Source: an uncultured bacterium | Lineage (GTDB): Bacteria > Omnitrophota > Omnitrophia > Omnitrophales > Aquincolibacteriaceae | Length of the DNA stretch: 64,000 bases | Direction: 5' to 3' | Assembly (NCBI GenBank): GCA_964434115.1 | Contig: CAYSSX010000007.1 | Location: forward strand, 18,734-82,733 | Part shown: positions 1 to 15,000 of the stretch, piece by piece | How the letters are laid out: each line of letters opens with the position of its first letter | How positions within the stretch are numbered: position 1 is the first letter of the stretch | Notes under the pieces: model-generated | Seen by the model: the letters and a program-made list of their open reading frames with translations, nothing else | Told to the model about the DNA's origin: nothing | Database searches by the model: none | Position numbers and translations under genes: made by a program

Positions 1-2
1 TT

Positions 3-3000
3 GAGGCCAATGGAGATGAACTCCTGGTAACGGTTAACGGGATCAACCGGATTCGTTTCCTTGATGACACGCTGACCTCTGGAAAAATCGCTGTGTACAG
101 TAAAGATTCTTTTGTCCGCTTTTCGAGTGTCCGTCTTAAGGCGGACGCCGACCTTGAGTATATCCATGATTTTCAGGTCCTGGATCGCGATCTTGACGGT
201 AATAAGGTCGTTGACGCGGAAGACTACAAGCTTCTGCTGGCCTTGCACAACCTTGGGTCTCAGGAAGATTTGAACGGCGACAATACGATTGATCCAGCGG
301 ACCGCGAAATGCTCAGGATTTTGAGCTTTATCGACTTCAACAGAAATGGCGTCATTGAGACGGAAGACATTTCCAGCCTGCGAAATATGATCTGGGATGT
401 CAACGGTAACGGGGTCATTGAACAGACGGACTTGGCAAAGATTCAAAGCTGGACGCACCTTGGTGACCTTGTTCAGCGTGAGGTGTTTAGCATTATTGAT
501 AAGGCAGACGTGGATGACTCAGGCAAAGTCAGCTGGACAGACCTTGACCTTTCCAAATTGATGCTGTGGCGCTATTACGACTTTAATAATGATGGTGTTG
601 TCAATGATGATGACCGCGTACGCCTGCAGACGGTCATCAACGCCCGGCGCTTGTTCCCGAAAAACATTGACCTTCAAAGCTTGATTGCGAAAATCGATTT
701 CAATAAAGACGGCAAGATCGATGATGAGGACAAGGCCCGCCTCCGTCAGAACATTGATGAGTTCAATCTTGTCGATGTGAACAAAGACGGAAAAATCGAT
801 GACCGCGATATCAACCGTGTTGAGGCGATTCTTGAGCTTGTTTATATGATCCAGGAAATCAACCCCTCGGCCATCATCTCGCGCGACTTGACGGGGGATA
901 ACATTATCGACGAACGCGATGTCAAGGAAGCCCTTAAGTTTATCAATAACCTTGTGGACCGTAATAACGACGGCATCATCGATGGAACGGCGCTTGACGA
1001 TCTCCTTAGCGATATCCAGACGATCCGCCTATTCAGCGTGCCCCCAACCACCTACGAGCCAGCCGATTTGAACAGTGATGGCAAGATTGATATTCACGAT
1101 GTTCAGAAGTTCCTGGAACCTGCGAGTATCACCAAATATATCTTCAGGGATCTGAATAAGGACAGCGTGAAGGATGCAAAGGACCTCGAGATTGCCAAAG
1201 GGATCATCAATTACGTCCAGCAGTCGATTCAGGACTGGATCCAAGATGGAACGATTGATGCCAAGGATCTTCGTGCCTTGGCGCTTGCCGATCTCAACAC
1301 GGATGGTAAAGTCACGACAGACGATCTTAATATTGCGACTGGCTATCGGGACATTGACGGAGACGGTGTGATTAATTCCCGCGATCTGGCAGTGGCCCAA
1401 TACCTGCTCTACCGCGATCTGATTGACATTGATCATGATGGTCTTGTGTCTCAGACGGACGAGGCCCTGGTCCGCTTTATGCTTGGTGCGAAGACGATTC
1501 GCCAGGACGCCAACACCGCGGTTGAGTCCAGCGCCACGGATCATGTGGGAACCAATTTAATTTCGCGGGCCGTCAATGCATCTTTCAAATACCGGATGGA
1601 CATGCAGGAATCCGGCATCTACTCCGTCGGACTTACCCTTAAGAGCTACGACAAGGTTCTTCCCGTTAACTATGAATATCCATTTGATGTTTATGTGGAT
1701 GGCGAATTTGCGGGATCCGTAAAAATTGACGGGTCACATCTGGATTTCCAGAGTAATGGTCTGGAGCTTTATTTTGTTAAAGGAGTCCATTTTGTTGAGT
1801 TCAAGAGCAATGTCCCTGCCGGCGATGATCACCGTATCCAGGTCAAGGATGCTTTTGCCGAAGCCGCGGGAGACCTCAATAAAGACGGCCTTGTGGACAA
1901 CACGGATGTCAGCCTGATCCAGGCTGTCCAGCAGCGCTTCAACTGGCTGTCCCGCACGGACGTCAACGCGGATGGACAGATCAATGCAAGTGATGAAACA
2001 ATTGTCAATAACCGGGCAAGCGACCTCTTGAGCCTTGCCCTTAGCACGACCTATAACTATCAAGGCAGCCATGATCTATCCGAATCCGACATTGTTTCCA
2101 AACTTGCCAAGCTCGGAAAGCTTTCTGTCGACGGCAGCTTCCTTGCCGCTCAGCAGATTATTCTGGAAAACTTCAATTCGGGACTTCTCACGGGACTTCT
2201 AGAACTTCCTGCAGGCTGGCAGATCGATAATGGTGAACTCCGCAAAATTACACAGCCGGCTGGTACCGAAATCCTGCCCATGGGCGCATCAAATTGGAAA
2301 GATGGCGTCCTTGAGAGCGATATCCGGGTACGAGGTCTGAGTCTTGATCCGCGCCAGGCGGGACTCGTGTTCCGCATGGTAGACAGCAATAATTATTATT
2401 TTGCCGCTATCCGGCGTCTTGATAACCAAAAGGACTATCTTGTCATCGGTAAAGTGGTTAATGGTTCGGTGACTTATTTGACAACGGATTATCTTATTAA
2501 TGACACGGTTCTCAATGACCCCTTCTACAGCCTTCGCATTACGCTCAAGGGAAACAGCATTAAGGTGGATCTTTCGCTTGACGGGGTACCCGTCACCTCC
2601 AAGAGTGTTACAGATTCTACTTTTGCGGCCGGGAAAATGGGGCTGCTTGCTCAGGACACAGTTCCTTCCTTTGATAATTTATACGTGAAAACGGACATCC
2701 GGCTTGCGGACATGAGCAGCTTGAATCTTCTTGTTAACGATTTGACTGGAAATGGGCGCGTAGATGCTGAGGATTATGCGATCCTGGCCGCTTTGGAAGC
2801 CTATTCCCATACCGATGTGAACAATACGGGCGGCATCAATTCCGATCTTGCTCTTCTCCGCGACCTTGGGAATGCTGATATGGACACCAATGGCTTGCTG
2901 AATGCGGAGGATGTTGCATTAATCCGCGAGGTTCGCGACGAAGCGGTTATCCGTACGCGGCTTGACGTCACCGCGGATGGCAAAGCCGATATTGCGGACG

Positions 3001-6000
3001 CCAAGGCGATTGAAAACGCTGTCCGCTTGATGCAGGACATTAATGATGACGGCCAGATCAATGAAGCGGATATCAATATGATCCGTGACATGGCCAGCAT
3101 TTCACTTTTCCGCACGATTCCTCCGGGCGACTTAAACCGTGACGGCCTTACCGGAGATGTGGACGCTGAAATTGTACGTAACTTTCTGGACACCCTTTAC
3201 CGCGGCCTGAATGTGAGCGCTCAGGAACAAGCGCTTGCCGACATCAACCAGGATGGAGTCGTCAATTATGTTGACATCAACCTTCTCCTGAAAGCGAACG
3301 GATATTACCTGAAGAGCGAATTGACGGGGGACGGTTTTGTGAATCTTTTTGACCGCCTCAAGCTGGAAGGCTTCCTCCAGGCGCTTTACTCGGATGAGCT
3401 GATCACGCAGGAAGTCCTGAACCGGGCGGACCTTACGGGGCCTGATCAGAACGCGGATGGCGTGGGTGATAAAGACGGTAAGGTCCTTCAGGCGGACGAA
3501 GACCTCTTCATGAAGACCCTGCTTTATTACAAAGATGTCACCGATGACGGCAAGGTGGATGAAAAAGACCTGGCCATGATCAAAACCGCGCAAGAGCTCC
3601 TTGCTAAAGCCGACGGGATTCTTCCGAATCTGACTCAGATGAGCGGTATGGAAGTCTACCGCGCGCTCAAAGCGCTGGGCGATTTGGCTTACCGCGATCG
3701 CACCAAGCGCCTTGTCATTCAGTCCGTTCACGAGCAGAACTTTGACCAGAACACGAACGGGTGGGTACCTGACAATGTCGGCGCATGGAGCCGGGTGGCC
3801 GGTGAAATGGCGCAGACGGAATTCCGTGAGCAGCGCAGCACCACTTATTTTGAGGACGTCATTGAAGACGTTCAGATCAATGTGAAATTCAAATTCGATG
3901 GCCTTTACTGGAACGGCCAGCAGGGTGAAGGTATCGGCGGTTTGACCCTTCGCGAGGACGTCCAGACGGGAGATGCATACGAACTTCTTCTGGATGCCGC
4001 GCATTCTGCGATTTATCTCCGCAAGCGTGTCAACGGTATTTACAGCATCCTGGCCACGTCGGCAGTCAATTTCAGCGCTACCGACATGGATCAGATTACG
4101 GTCCGTTTGGTCAATGACCAGATCAGCGTCATTTTTAACGGCAACAAGCCTTTATTTACCGTTAAGGACGGCAGTTTTGAACGCGGCAATTTCGGGCTCT
4201 TTACGGAACCCGACAGTAAAGCGCGTTTTGACGACCTGAAAATTGAAACAGTCAATCTTGTGGAGTTGGAACCCGCCCTTGGGGTTCTGGAGCCTCTCAG
4301 CGTGAATGATTTCTCATCCGGCAATGCTTCGGAATGGATCCGTTCTCAGGATGGCGGTCAGTGGCTCGTGGAAGATGGAGCGCTGAAGCAGAAAAATTAC
4401 AGCGGCAATGAATATGAAATCTGGCATCAGCAGAATAATATTCAGGATTTTGTCTTTACCGCGGACCTTGCAATCCAGGGTCCCCCGAAAGCGCCCGAAG
4501 AAGAGACCTATGGCTTTGGCGGCGAGGGGGGGATGGGGTATGGAGGCGGATTGGGCGGTGGTATGGGCGGTGGAGGTTATGGAGGCGGCATGGGAGGAGG
4601 CGGTTATGGAGGCGGTGAAGGCGGTATGGGCGGTGGAGAAACGCCGACTCGCCGCGCCGGCATTATCTTCGCCAAAGAGAATGACAATAACTACTATCAG
4701 TTGGCCATTAATCCTGACGGCGGAAAAATGGAACTCTTCCTTGTCCGCGACGGCCAGACGACCCGCTTGGGGTATGGGATTATTCCTGTCCAGACAGATG
4801 AGCTGCCTTACCGGGTTGAAATCCGGCGCACAGGCGGACTTATCCGGATCCTTATCAACAGTGTAGAGCTGATCCGTACCCAGGATTTTAACCTCAGCCA
4901 GGGCAGTTTCGGTATTTACACCGAACCCAAGAGCCTGATGTCGATCGACAATATGAATTTCAGGAAAATGACGGCCATTCCCGACATCCAGCGCGATCTT
5001 ACGCTTACGAAAGATTTGAACGCCGATGGTCTTGTGAATGGTTCGGATTATGGGATTCTTGCTGATCTTAACAGCGTGACGTCAGCCGACTACAACAAAG
5101 ACAACATCCTTGATGATAAAGATGCCCAGCTTTTTGTGATTCTGGCCAACGGCCAGGCGGATGTTAACAAAGACGGGCTCGTGAATCAGATGGATAGGAC
5201 AGACCTGGCGGATGCTTATAACGGGCATGTGGACATTGACCAGGACGGGCTGGTTAACCAGAAGGATCTTGACCGTCTTAAGCTGATTCGGGCCCGCGTT
5301 TCGGATTGGGGCGGCAATCAACTGACCCTTGCGCTTTTTAGAAAGGCCAATATCAACAACGACGCCACGGGGGCCGTCAATCAGGAAGACATCTTCTCCT
5401 TGAAACTTGCGATCAGCCAGTACACCGAACTGGCCACCCTGGGCTTCCGGTGGACGGAATACCGCGCCATGACCCCGGCACAGAAAACAGAAGAAGTCAG
5501 AGTCTTTAATGAAGCTCATAAGAAGAGCTACTTTGTGGCACAGATTGACCTTATCGATTACATCTACGGCCGCGGCGATATGGACAGCAACGGCATTTCA
5601 AACGACCTCGACATCGCGATTATCCAGCAGGTCATTGATAAAACGCATACGGCTATCGACATTGAAAAGCTTGCGAATGCGGATCTGAACCGTGATGGCA
5701 AGTTCAGCCTCGAGGATTTGACTCTTTACTTCGACATCCTTCCTTATTATGTCGATGTCAACGGAGACAGTGTTGTCAATCACCTGGATTTTGTGGCTGT
5801 CCGGGAATCCCTGTTCCGTAAATACACGGCGGACCTGAATGGTGACGGTGCCGTCAATGAATTGGATATCGATTACCTCCACCAGCATATCCTTGGTCTT
5901 CAATCGATTGAAATGAATGGCAGCAAGGTTAAGGACCGCAGCAGTAATGTTACGCTCTCGGGCAATGAAGCCGTTGCCACGACGGATGCCTGGGTGGAGT

Positions 6001-9000
6001 ATCAGGTCGGCATCACAACGACAGGTAATTACGATGTGGGGCTGGAAGTAATCAATCATGAGAAGCTGGAACTGCCGCCGAATTATACGTATCAGTTCAA
6101 GGTCTTTGTGGATGGGACCGAAGTGGGCATCTTCAATGTTCTAGCTTCCGCGCAGGACGCGAAAAGAGGGGCGCTCAATCTTAACCTGAATCCTGGTAAT
6201 CATGTGATCCGTTTTGAGTGGATCAATGACAAAGTCAATGGACAGGACCGCTTTGAGACGGGCATCAGAATCCGTAAAATGTTCGTCAATACGGTCTATG
6301 ACCGCAACCAAAACGGTCAGGTCGACGCCGAAGATGTCAACTCGATTGAAAATACGATTCAGCTTGAAGTCGCGATTAAAGCTGCAGATCTAAACCATGA
6401 CGGCCTTGTCAATGATCTGGACCTTGCGAAATTCGACCAGACCCCCGTGGATCTTCAAGGCAATGCGCTTCTTAACATCCCGAACGACCGGAATCTCCTG
6501 CTGGAGTTTATCCGCCTTGAGAATGTCTGGCGCGCATCGGATGTTGACAAAAACGGCAAGCTTAATTCTAAAGATGCCAACCTCATTGATAATGCGTTGA
6601 GCATCATGAAAGATATTTCTGTGGAGACGTTCAAGGAAATTCTCCGCTACAAAGAACAGCAGAACAATTTCTATATCAATGATGTCTTCCGGCCTCAGCG
6701 CTACAATGAACCCAGCGACCGCGTGATCAATTTCGGGCTCGATTTTAACAATGTGAAAATCAAGATCGGGGATAAGTGGAGCGAAGCTGACCAGAATGAT
6801 GCGGAAAATAAAAAAGAAGACGCAACGGTTGTTCATATCGACGAACTCAAAAACCTGGGTGACGTGACGGTTATTATTGCGGCCCGGGCCCTAGACCTCG
6901 ATGCCGATCAAATCATCAAAGGGCAGGCGGAGAGAAAAATCGGCGCGCAGGGTTTTGGGTTTGATGATTACAAAGCTGTATCCAAGGTCATCGAACAGAC
7001 TCAAAACCGCGATTTCTATCTTCTGACTACGGCAGCTGACCTTGAAATGACGCCTGAGCTTCTGAAGCTTTTAGATACGAACAAGGACGGCATTTTTGAT
7101 ATTCGTGATCTTCCGGAAGGCATTGATCATAGAACCTTTGAACTTTTTGATGTGGATCGCAGCGGTAATCTCAGCATGGTGGACCGCGATCTTCTCGGAC
7201 GTTATGATGACAAAACAGGCGAATACATCGGCGTTCTCGGCGATGATAAAGTCACCGGCGCTTATTTCTTCCTGAACCGTATCCCTGAAGCCATCCGCCG
7301 TTTGTCGGATGTCAATGATGACGGACTCATTGACACGACCGATGTCGATATGCTGACGCGCGCGATGGGGCTTTTCCTCGGCGATAAGGACGGCGACGGC
7401 CTTACGGATGCGGACGAACTGGCCATGGGTCTTGACGTGGACGTCGACGGTGACGGCCTCAAAGGTGCTTTGGATCCAGACTCCGATAATGACGGGTTTT
7501 CGGACGGCGAAGAAATTGCCCGCGGTTTCAAAGCCAACGACGCCACAAGCAAGCCTCTCGCGGTCCTGGCGGACAGCGATGGCGACGGTATTCCGGATCT
7601 CAGCGATCCAAGCGCCTTTAAAGCGGACACCGACAGCGACGGTTTCTCAGACGGATGGGAAAAGGATCACGGCACCAACCCACTGGATAAAAACAGCAAA
7701 CCTGTCAACATTGTGACGCAACCGGATTCCGACGGTGACGGAATTCTTGACAGCGCGGAAACGGCACTTGGAACCAGCTCTGATAATCCGGATACCGACG
7801 GCGATGGATTTTCCGACAAGTGGGAAAAAGATCATAACACCAACCCGAAAGACGCCGAGTCTCATTCCGCACCCACGGCAACGGATAAGGACGGCGACGG
7901 GATCCTGGATGATGAAGAAGCGGCCCTGAAAACGGATCCTGAAAAAGCGGATTCAGACACCGACGGTTTCAGCGATAAAGAAGAACAGACAGCCGGGACT
8001 AACCCCTTGAGCGCAGTTTCCCGTCCTCAGCCGAAGGCTCTTGATACGGACGGTGATTCGGTTCCGGATGCCCTTGAAAGCGAATGGGGAACGGACAAGA
8101 CAAAAGTAGATACTGACGGCGATGGTTTTTCCGATGCGGAAGAAATTGCCCGCGGATCCAGCCCGCTCTCCAATCTTTCCTTCCCGAAAAAGACTTATGC
8201 GGATACGGATGGCGACGGCATTGAAGATCTGATTGAAATGTCTTATCGTGCCGATTTTGTGGCGGACAACGCGATTGATCAGAAAGACGTGGATCTTCTT
8301 AGGCAGAAAATCGCTGTTGCCGCGACCCTTACGCCGGCACAGATTGCTCCCTATGATCTTAATGGCGACCATGCCCTTAACGCGGTGGATCTGGACATTT
8401 TGAATGACACGATTACGGTTATGGCCGGTAACCCGCTTTCTAAAGTCATGAACACAGATCCCGCCAAGGCCGATTCCGACGGGGATGGGTTCAGCGATTG
8501 GGAAGAATTGAGCCGTTTCACGGATCCGGTTAACCAGCAGTCTTTCCCGGAAGTTTACAAAGCCGACCTTGACCACAACGATATCGTCGATGCCACCGAC
8601 CTTCAGATTTTGGACCGTGTGACGCGCATGCTGATGGGCGGGGACATCACAGGGGACGGCAAGCAGGATCAGAAAGATCTTGATGCCCTTGAAGCCTTGG
8701 GCGGATCCCAGATTGTTGAACTGGATGCGGCGCAGCGCGTGGATTCCAAAAATTACACGGTGACCGGGAGCACGCTTTACGCGACGCGCTCCAAAGATGA
8801 CGGCAATTTCGAAAATTTTATGCAGTACCGCGTGCAGACCTACGGCGGAAAATACACGATCGGTCTGGATGTCCGCAGCATGGATGCGATTTCACTCCCG
8901 GAAAACGGCTTTTATGAATTCGATGTCGTGGTCGACGGCCAGATGCGCGGACGCCTGCAGATCCGGGCCAGCAATATGCAGTACAACATGGAAACCATCC

Positions 9001-12000
9001 TTCTTGATCTTCAGGCGGGCGCTCATGACATTGTCTTCAAGTGGGTCAACAGCACACCGTACAAACGTGATTACGGCCGCCGCGACTGGAAGTATGACGA
9101 GAATAACAGCCGGGATATTTTCCCGTCCGTGCAGGTCAAGGGCATGGTGCTTCAGCGTGACGACTACAACGAAGCCTACGATTTTAACCACGATAACGTC
9201 ATCAATGACCAGGACGTACAGATCCTCCGCTCAACGATGCGCGATTCGGGTTACTACAAGCTTTCGGATGTGAACCAGGACGGTAAAGTCGACCAAACGG
9301 ACTATGACCTTTTCATGGCTTCTCCGGAAAGAAGCAATCTTGTCGCAACTCAGAAAATCAATCTTACGGGCAAGGATTACCTGATTCACTACAGCTCCTT
9401 CAACGGGCTTTATACCTTTGAAGACACGGCGGGCAACCTGATCCGCAGTGAACAGATCGCCCTTTATGGAAAAAGAAATTTCATTACCCTGGAAAATCAG
9501 CGCTATTTGATTCTTGATCCCAACCCGGCAACGGGTGTGGTCCGGGTCACGAAAGACTTGGATGCGGATCTTAATAAAGACGGGGCTATTGATGTCCTGG
9601 ACGTCGCGATCATGCAGAACGCGGCGTATTTGCCGCGCGAAAAGAAGGAAGGCGCTGATTTTATTTCCCGCACAGGTTCCTGGACCTTGGACGGAACCGA
9701 TGTTGTCAGTACATCGGGCGGCTCGCTGGATTACCGGTTCAATGTTCATACTGATGGAAACTATCAAGTGGGTATCCGCGCTACAAACGCGGCGGGCGTC
9801 AGCGAGGGCTATGAATTTGTCATCAACGAGTATGTGGATGGAGAGTTCCGTCAGACGATCCGCATGGACGGCGGCGCTGTGGGTAAGGATTACGGAGATT
9901 ACAAAAACCTGTCCATGGAACAGCAGCGCCCGGTGGAGACAGGGACCGGAGACACGGTACTCAATGATCCTGACACGGGACGCCCCTACCTTGGCCTTCT
10001 GCTCGACAAAGATGGAAAAGTCCGCGGTCTGAAACGCATTTACACGGACGTTGACGGCAAGATTACCCGCGTGGATGAGTTCAGCCTAGCACTTCCGCGG
10101 GATGCCAGCTCGAGTATTCATGATTTCTGGAAGACAGACTCGGATGTTCCTTATATGACAGGAGCGTCCATCAGCAAGCGTACTTATTATGAGAACGGCA
10201 AACCTCAGGTCGTCGCGATGATGAATCCTCAGGGCAGCGTGGGCCGGCTTGCCGTTATGACCTACGATGCCGGTGGTAACGTCACGCGTCAGGATCAGTA
10301 CAACTTCGCTGAAGGCAAGGTTCTTTATGAGGATTATGCGACGTATTGGGACAAAGAGCGCCAGCGTATTGTTCCCCGTGACGCGAGTTTCTCCGGCCGT
10401 TTCTTCTATCAAGCCGGCAAGCCTTTTGTGGCGGTTGAGCTGAATGCTGAAGGCAAAGTCAGCGGCATTATTTCCTTTGCAACGGATGCGGCCGGCAAAG
10501 TTCAGTCCTTGGACCGTTACACCTACGCGAGCGGTAAAGACCTCTTTGATAACCTTGATGCCTACTGGCAGGCTGGCCAGCCGAAGTATGATGCCGTGCT
10601 TTCGAGCCGTGTCTTTTTTGACGGCGTAAACCCGCTGGGTTCGGTGGAGCTGAACAGCGCGGGCAAAGTGACCCGTCTTTACGCTTACAAAATGGATGCC
10701 AATGGCGCGATCCAGTATCAGGACCGTTTCCTTTTCAATGCCGGTAAGGAACCCGCCTTGACCGCGTCCTTTGCCACCTATTGGGATGCGGCGGCCGGCA
10801 AACCGGTTTCAACCGAGCAGAAGCAGACAGGCCGCACATTCTTCCAGGGCGGTAAGCCTCTTGTGGATGTCCGCGTTGACGCGGACAAGAAGGCCATTGG
10901 ATTTACCGTTCTTGCCATGGATGCCAGCGGCACGATCTATTCCAGCGACCGCTACAGCCTTTATGCACCTTCAACCTTGACGGGTGAACTGAAAGATTTC
11001 TGGGATGATGTTCGCCACGTTCCGGCGCAGGCTTCGACCCAGCGTACGGGCCGGTCGTTTTACCAAAACGGTGTTCCGTGGATTGATCTGTCGATTGACC
11101 CGCAAGGATATGTTCAATCCATGAACCGTTACCGGACGGATGCCTCCGGGCACATGATGGATTCTTACCGCTACGGCTTCTGGAACCCGCAGGATCTGAC
11201 TGAGAATTACTATGACTACTGGAATGGAGAATTCGGCCAGCCCGTTTCTCCAGATGCTTTTACGGGCGGCCGCGTGATCTATGACGCGGATGGAAAAGTG
11301 ATTTCCCAGGAAGTTTATTCCAATCTGGACCTCCTTTCAGGAACACGGAACGTCACTTTTGAATGGGTGAATCCCGAGTATGGACGCGGAAAGCTCAAGG
11401 TTGAGGAAGCCTTCTACCGCTCCACCGACCTTCGCGCAGACTTTAATAAAGACGGATTTGTCACGGATGAAGACGCGGCCATATTCCGGAAGCAGAGCGC
11501 GATGTCCGGACACATTGACCCGATCACGCTTCAGGGCCAGAACTTTTACATTGTTCACAACTACGATGGCACCTTTGTGGTGACGGATGGCGCGCGTACC
11601 TTTAAGAGTGATGCGTCAGGCCGTTTTGTGGAAGTGGAAATCAACAGCGTTAAAATCAAGTACCTTGTTCAACTGGACCCGGAAGACACGGAAAAGAAAC
11701 GCCGGCAGCTGGTGCAGAACATTGTTTCCGATGTGGACAAGGACGGTTACATCAGCCGTAAGGACCTTGAGCTGATGCGTACGATTATTGCCGATCCGTA
11801 CCTCCAGATTGATTCGGTTCCGAAGGAATCCTGGGAAATGGGCAAGGCCTATCACTTTGATATCCAGCCGCAGGATGAACTCGGGCTTGGCGGGGATTAC
11901 ACGGTTGCTCTCAGTTATGTCTATCCGCAGAACCCGGGCGTCGGCTACAAATCCGAGTACCAGGTTTATGTGGACGGCTCGCTTGTTCAGCTTGTGACCT

Positions 12001-15000
12001 TTGACCACACCGCGGGCGTGGAGCAGCGCAAAGGCATTGACCTTAAACTCGAAGCGGGCCGCCACCGGATTGTGATCGCAGGCCCTGACGGCGACCTAAA
12101 GAGCGTTTACGCGTACTACTCCTGGGGCGACCTGAATAAAGATTTCAAGATTGATTCCCAGGACTTTGATCAATTCATCACGGGTTTCAGCAGCACGGCG
12201 ATTGTATTCCCGATGGCTTCCTATCAGTTCCCGGGAGAACCTCAGCCCAAGCGCCTCTTTGCGATCGATAACTTTGATGGATCCTTCACGATTTCTGACG
12301 GTGCGCGTTTCTGGCGCTCAAACGTTGAAGGTAATCTGGTTTTCATTGAAGATGCCAACGGCAAAAAGCAGGACTTTATCCTTTCGATCAACCCGGCAAC
12401 CCGTGAAGGCCGCTTGATTGAGCGCTTGCCGGAAGATTTGACTTACGACGGTATTACGGACGCCGCGGACATTGCCAAGATGAATTCCTATCTTGACCGC
12501 TATGACGTCAACCGGCTTGGAACGGATTTCACTTCGAAAACAGACAAAGTTTTTTATGCCGCTGACAAAACGTCGCTCAGGACTAAAGAAAATGGAAGCG
12601 TATCTTATACGTTCAAAGTCGACCAGCAGGGGATTTACAACTTCGGAGCTGTCCTTAAAGACATTGGTCTGTCAGGAATACCTGCGGACTACAAATACAA
12701 ATTCAATGTGAAAGTGAACGGCCAGGATAAAGGCGTATTCGAACTTCCCACAAGCCTGAACAACCGTCTTTCCGCCCAGATGCAACTGACGCTCGAAGCG
12801 GGAACTTATGAAATTCAACTGGAATGGAACAACGCGGCGGCCTCCCTGACCAAGGGTGCCCTGGAGTTCCAGCAGTTCTTCCTCCGTGACGCCAAGATCC
12901 CGGATGTTGCGGACATGAACAAGGATGCCGTCGTCGATATCCGAGACCTGGCATCCCTGATTCAGGAATCGCCGGTTTCCCAGCAGCGTACGCTCCGGGT
13001 GAACGGCCATGATTACCATGTAATGACCACGCAGCGGGAACCAAAAATTTATTCCTTCTTCGACCCGGCCATTAAAACCTGGGTCACAACAGTCCCTGGT
13101 GATAAAGAAGTCAGCCTTGAAGGGAAGAAATATGTGATCAATGACACCGCCAGCGGCCTTGAGCTTCTCGAGTGGAGCCCGACGGATGCTACGCGTGACG
13201 GCTTAACGAATTTTGCGGACCGCGAGGCTTACCGTAATGAAATTGCAAAGTATTCGAGTGTTAAGAAGGCCACTCAGTATGACACCAAAGAAGCCGAATT
13301 TTGGGGGACCGATCCCTGGACAACTCCATCTGGCGATACCATGGTGACGCAGAAAGAGCGCGCCATTACCTATCTTTTTGATGCTCCGCAGGCTGGCCTT
13401 TACGACCTTGGACTTTCTTTCCGTTCCCAGATTGCGCTTCCCACGGGTTACCGCTATCACTTTGATGTTCTCGTGGATGGCGTGAAAAAAGGACAGATCC
13501 GTGTGGAGGGCAGCCAAACCTATGTTCTCGGGGATATTGAAGCCCAGTTGACTCAGGGAAGCCACAAAATCACTTTTGACTGGGTCAATCTCAAGGATTG
13601 GGTTGACGCCAATGGCGTTCAGCTTGCGGGAAGCCTGGAAATTCAGAGCGCCTACATCCGGGCCGCGGATCAAAATCAGAAAATGGACCAGAACGCGGAC
13701 GGCATTGTGAATGCCGCTGATTTTATGGCCTGGCAGGACCTTCGCCCGAATCCGACCAATACGCAGACCTTCGTGGTGAAGACAAAGACTTATCGCGTGC
13801 TGGATTACGCGGAAACAGGCGTCCCAATGTCCTTCCGCGATGATGCCAACAAGATCACGCTGAGCGATGCCGCGAACACTTTTGTCCGCTTGGACGGGAA
13901 CGATTACCGCATTGACCGTCAGGTCAATGGAACCATTGTCCTGACCGAAATCCGCCCGGGTGATCTGGACAAAAATGGAATCGTTGATGATGCTGACTTT
14001 GCTCTTCTTGCTACGGAGGGCCAAAAGTATTCACAGGCCTTGCGCGGCATCGACTATGCGGATAAGTCTTCCTACCTGCGCCTGGATACGGATGGACGTT
14101 CCTTGGTGACCGCTGAAAATGCGAATGTGACTTACAATTTTGATATTCCTGCCGACGGCTGGTATGAGTTCGGTGTCGATGCCCTTGCCGCGGGAGGTAC
14201 TTTTGATGCCCAGCATTTCTTTAACTTAGAAATCGCTGCGGGCGGCAGCCGGGTAGGGGATATCCGCCTTCCGACGAGCGCTTTTCCGCAGGGGCAAAAA
14301 ACCATCAAGGTCTATCTCACAAAGGGAACGCGCTCCATCAATGTGAAATGGAATAATGACCAGCAGGCTCCGTCCGGCAACCTTAAGCTGAAAAGTGTTT
14401 TTCTCCGCGCCGTGAGTCAAGATATCCGGGCAGATCTTAATAATGACGGTTCCGTTAATATAGATGATACGACTGAATGGCTGAGGCAGAATCCGACGGA
14501 AAAAATCATGAACCGCATTGTGGTCGGAAGCAAAGTCTATCAGACGGTCCGTGAAGCTTCCGGAAAGCTTTTGTTCACGTCTGACTTTTCAACTTGGTAC
14601 ACGAGCAATCCAGCCGGAACAATGGTCACTCTCGAACAGGGCCTCCCAGGAGAAAAGAATTACCTTATCTTTAAAGACCCCGACACCGGACTCCTCCAGC
14701 TGCGCGAAATGATGAGCGGTGATTACAATTTAGACGGACAGGTCAGCAAGACCGATCTGGATGGCCTTCGTGAAGCGGCCGAATTGCAGTCGCAGCGCTT
14801 TATGGCCCGTGATTACTATGAGAAGAACGACGGGTGGGTGATTTCTGATGCCGGAACCAAACTTAAAACGGATAAAGATGCAAGCCACTCGGTGATCGAT
14901 TACCAGTTTGATGTGCAGACCGACGGCACTTATGACATCGGGCTTTTGATGCGCAACGCGGCCGGTGACATGCCCTGGTACCGCTTCTTCATGGACATCA

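Noticed and set aside
8-20. ATG at nt 10-12 (atggagatgaac) as a possible gene start
   Set aside because: It lies in a different phase from the open frame, and a TAA follows at nt 28-30 in that phase. The real frame is already open upstream of it, so the gene start must lie outside the window.
4408-4866. Short + strand ORFs in the +1 phase, many Ala/Trp/Arg-rich (for example 4408-4866, 41731-41994, 44650-45090)
   Set aside because: All 60+ listed + strand ORFs lie in the two phases not used by the giant ORF. The Ala/Trp-rich ones are simply the off-frame reading of the Gly-rich (ggc/ggt/atg) linkers. No independent support.
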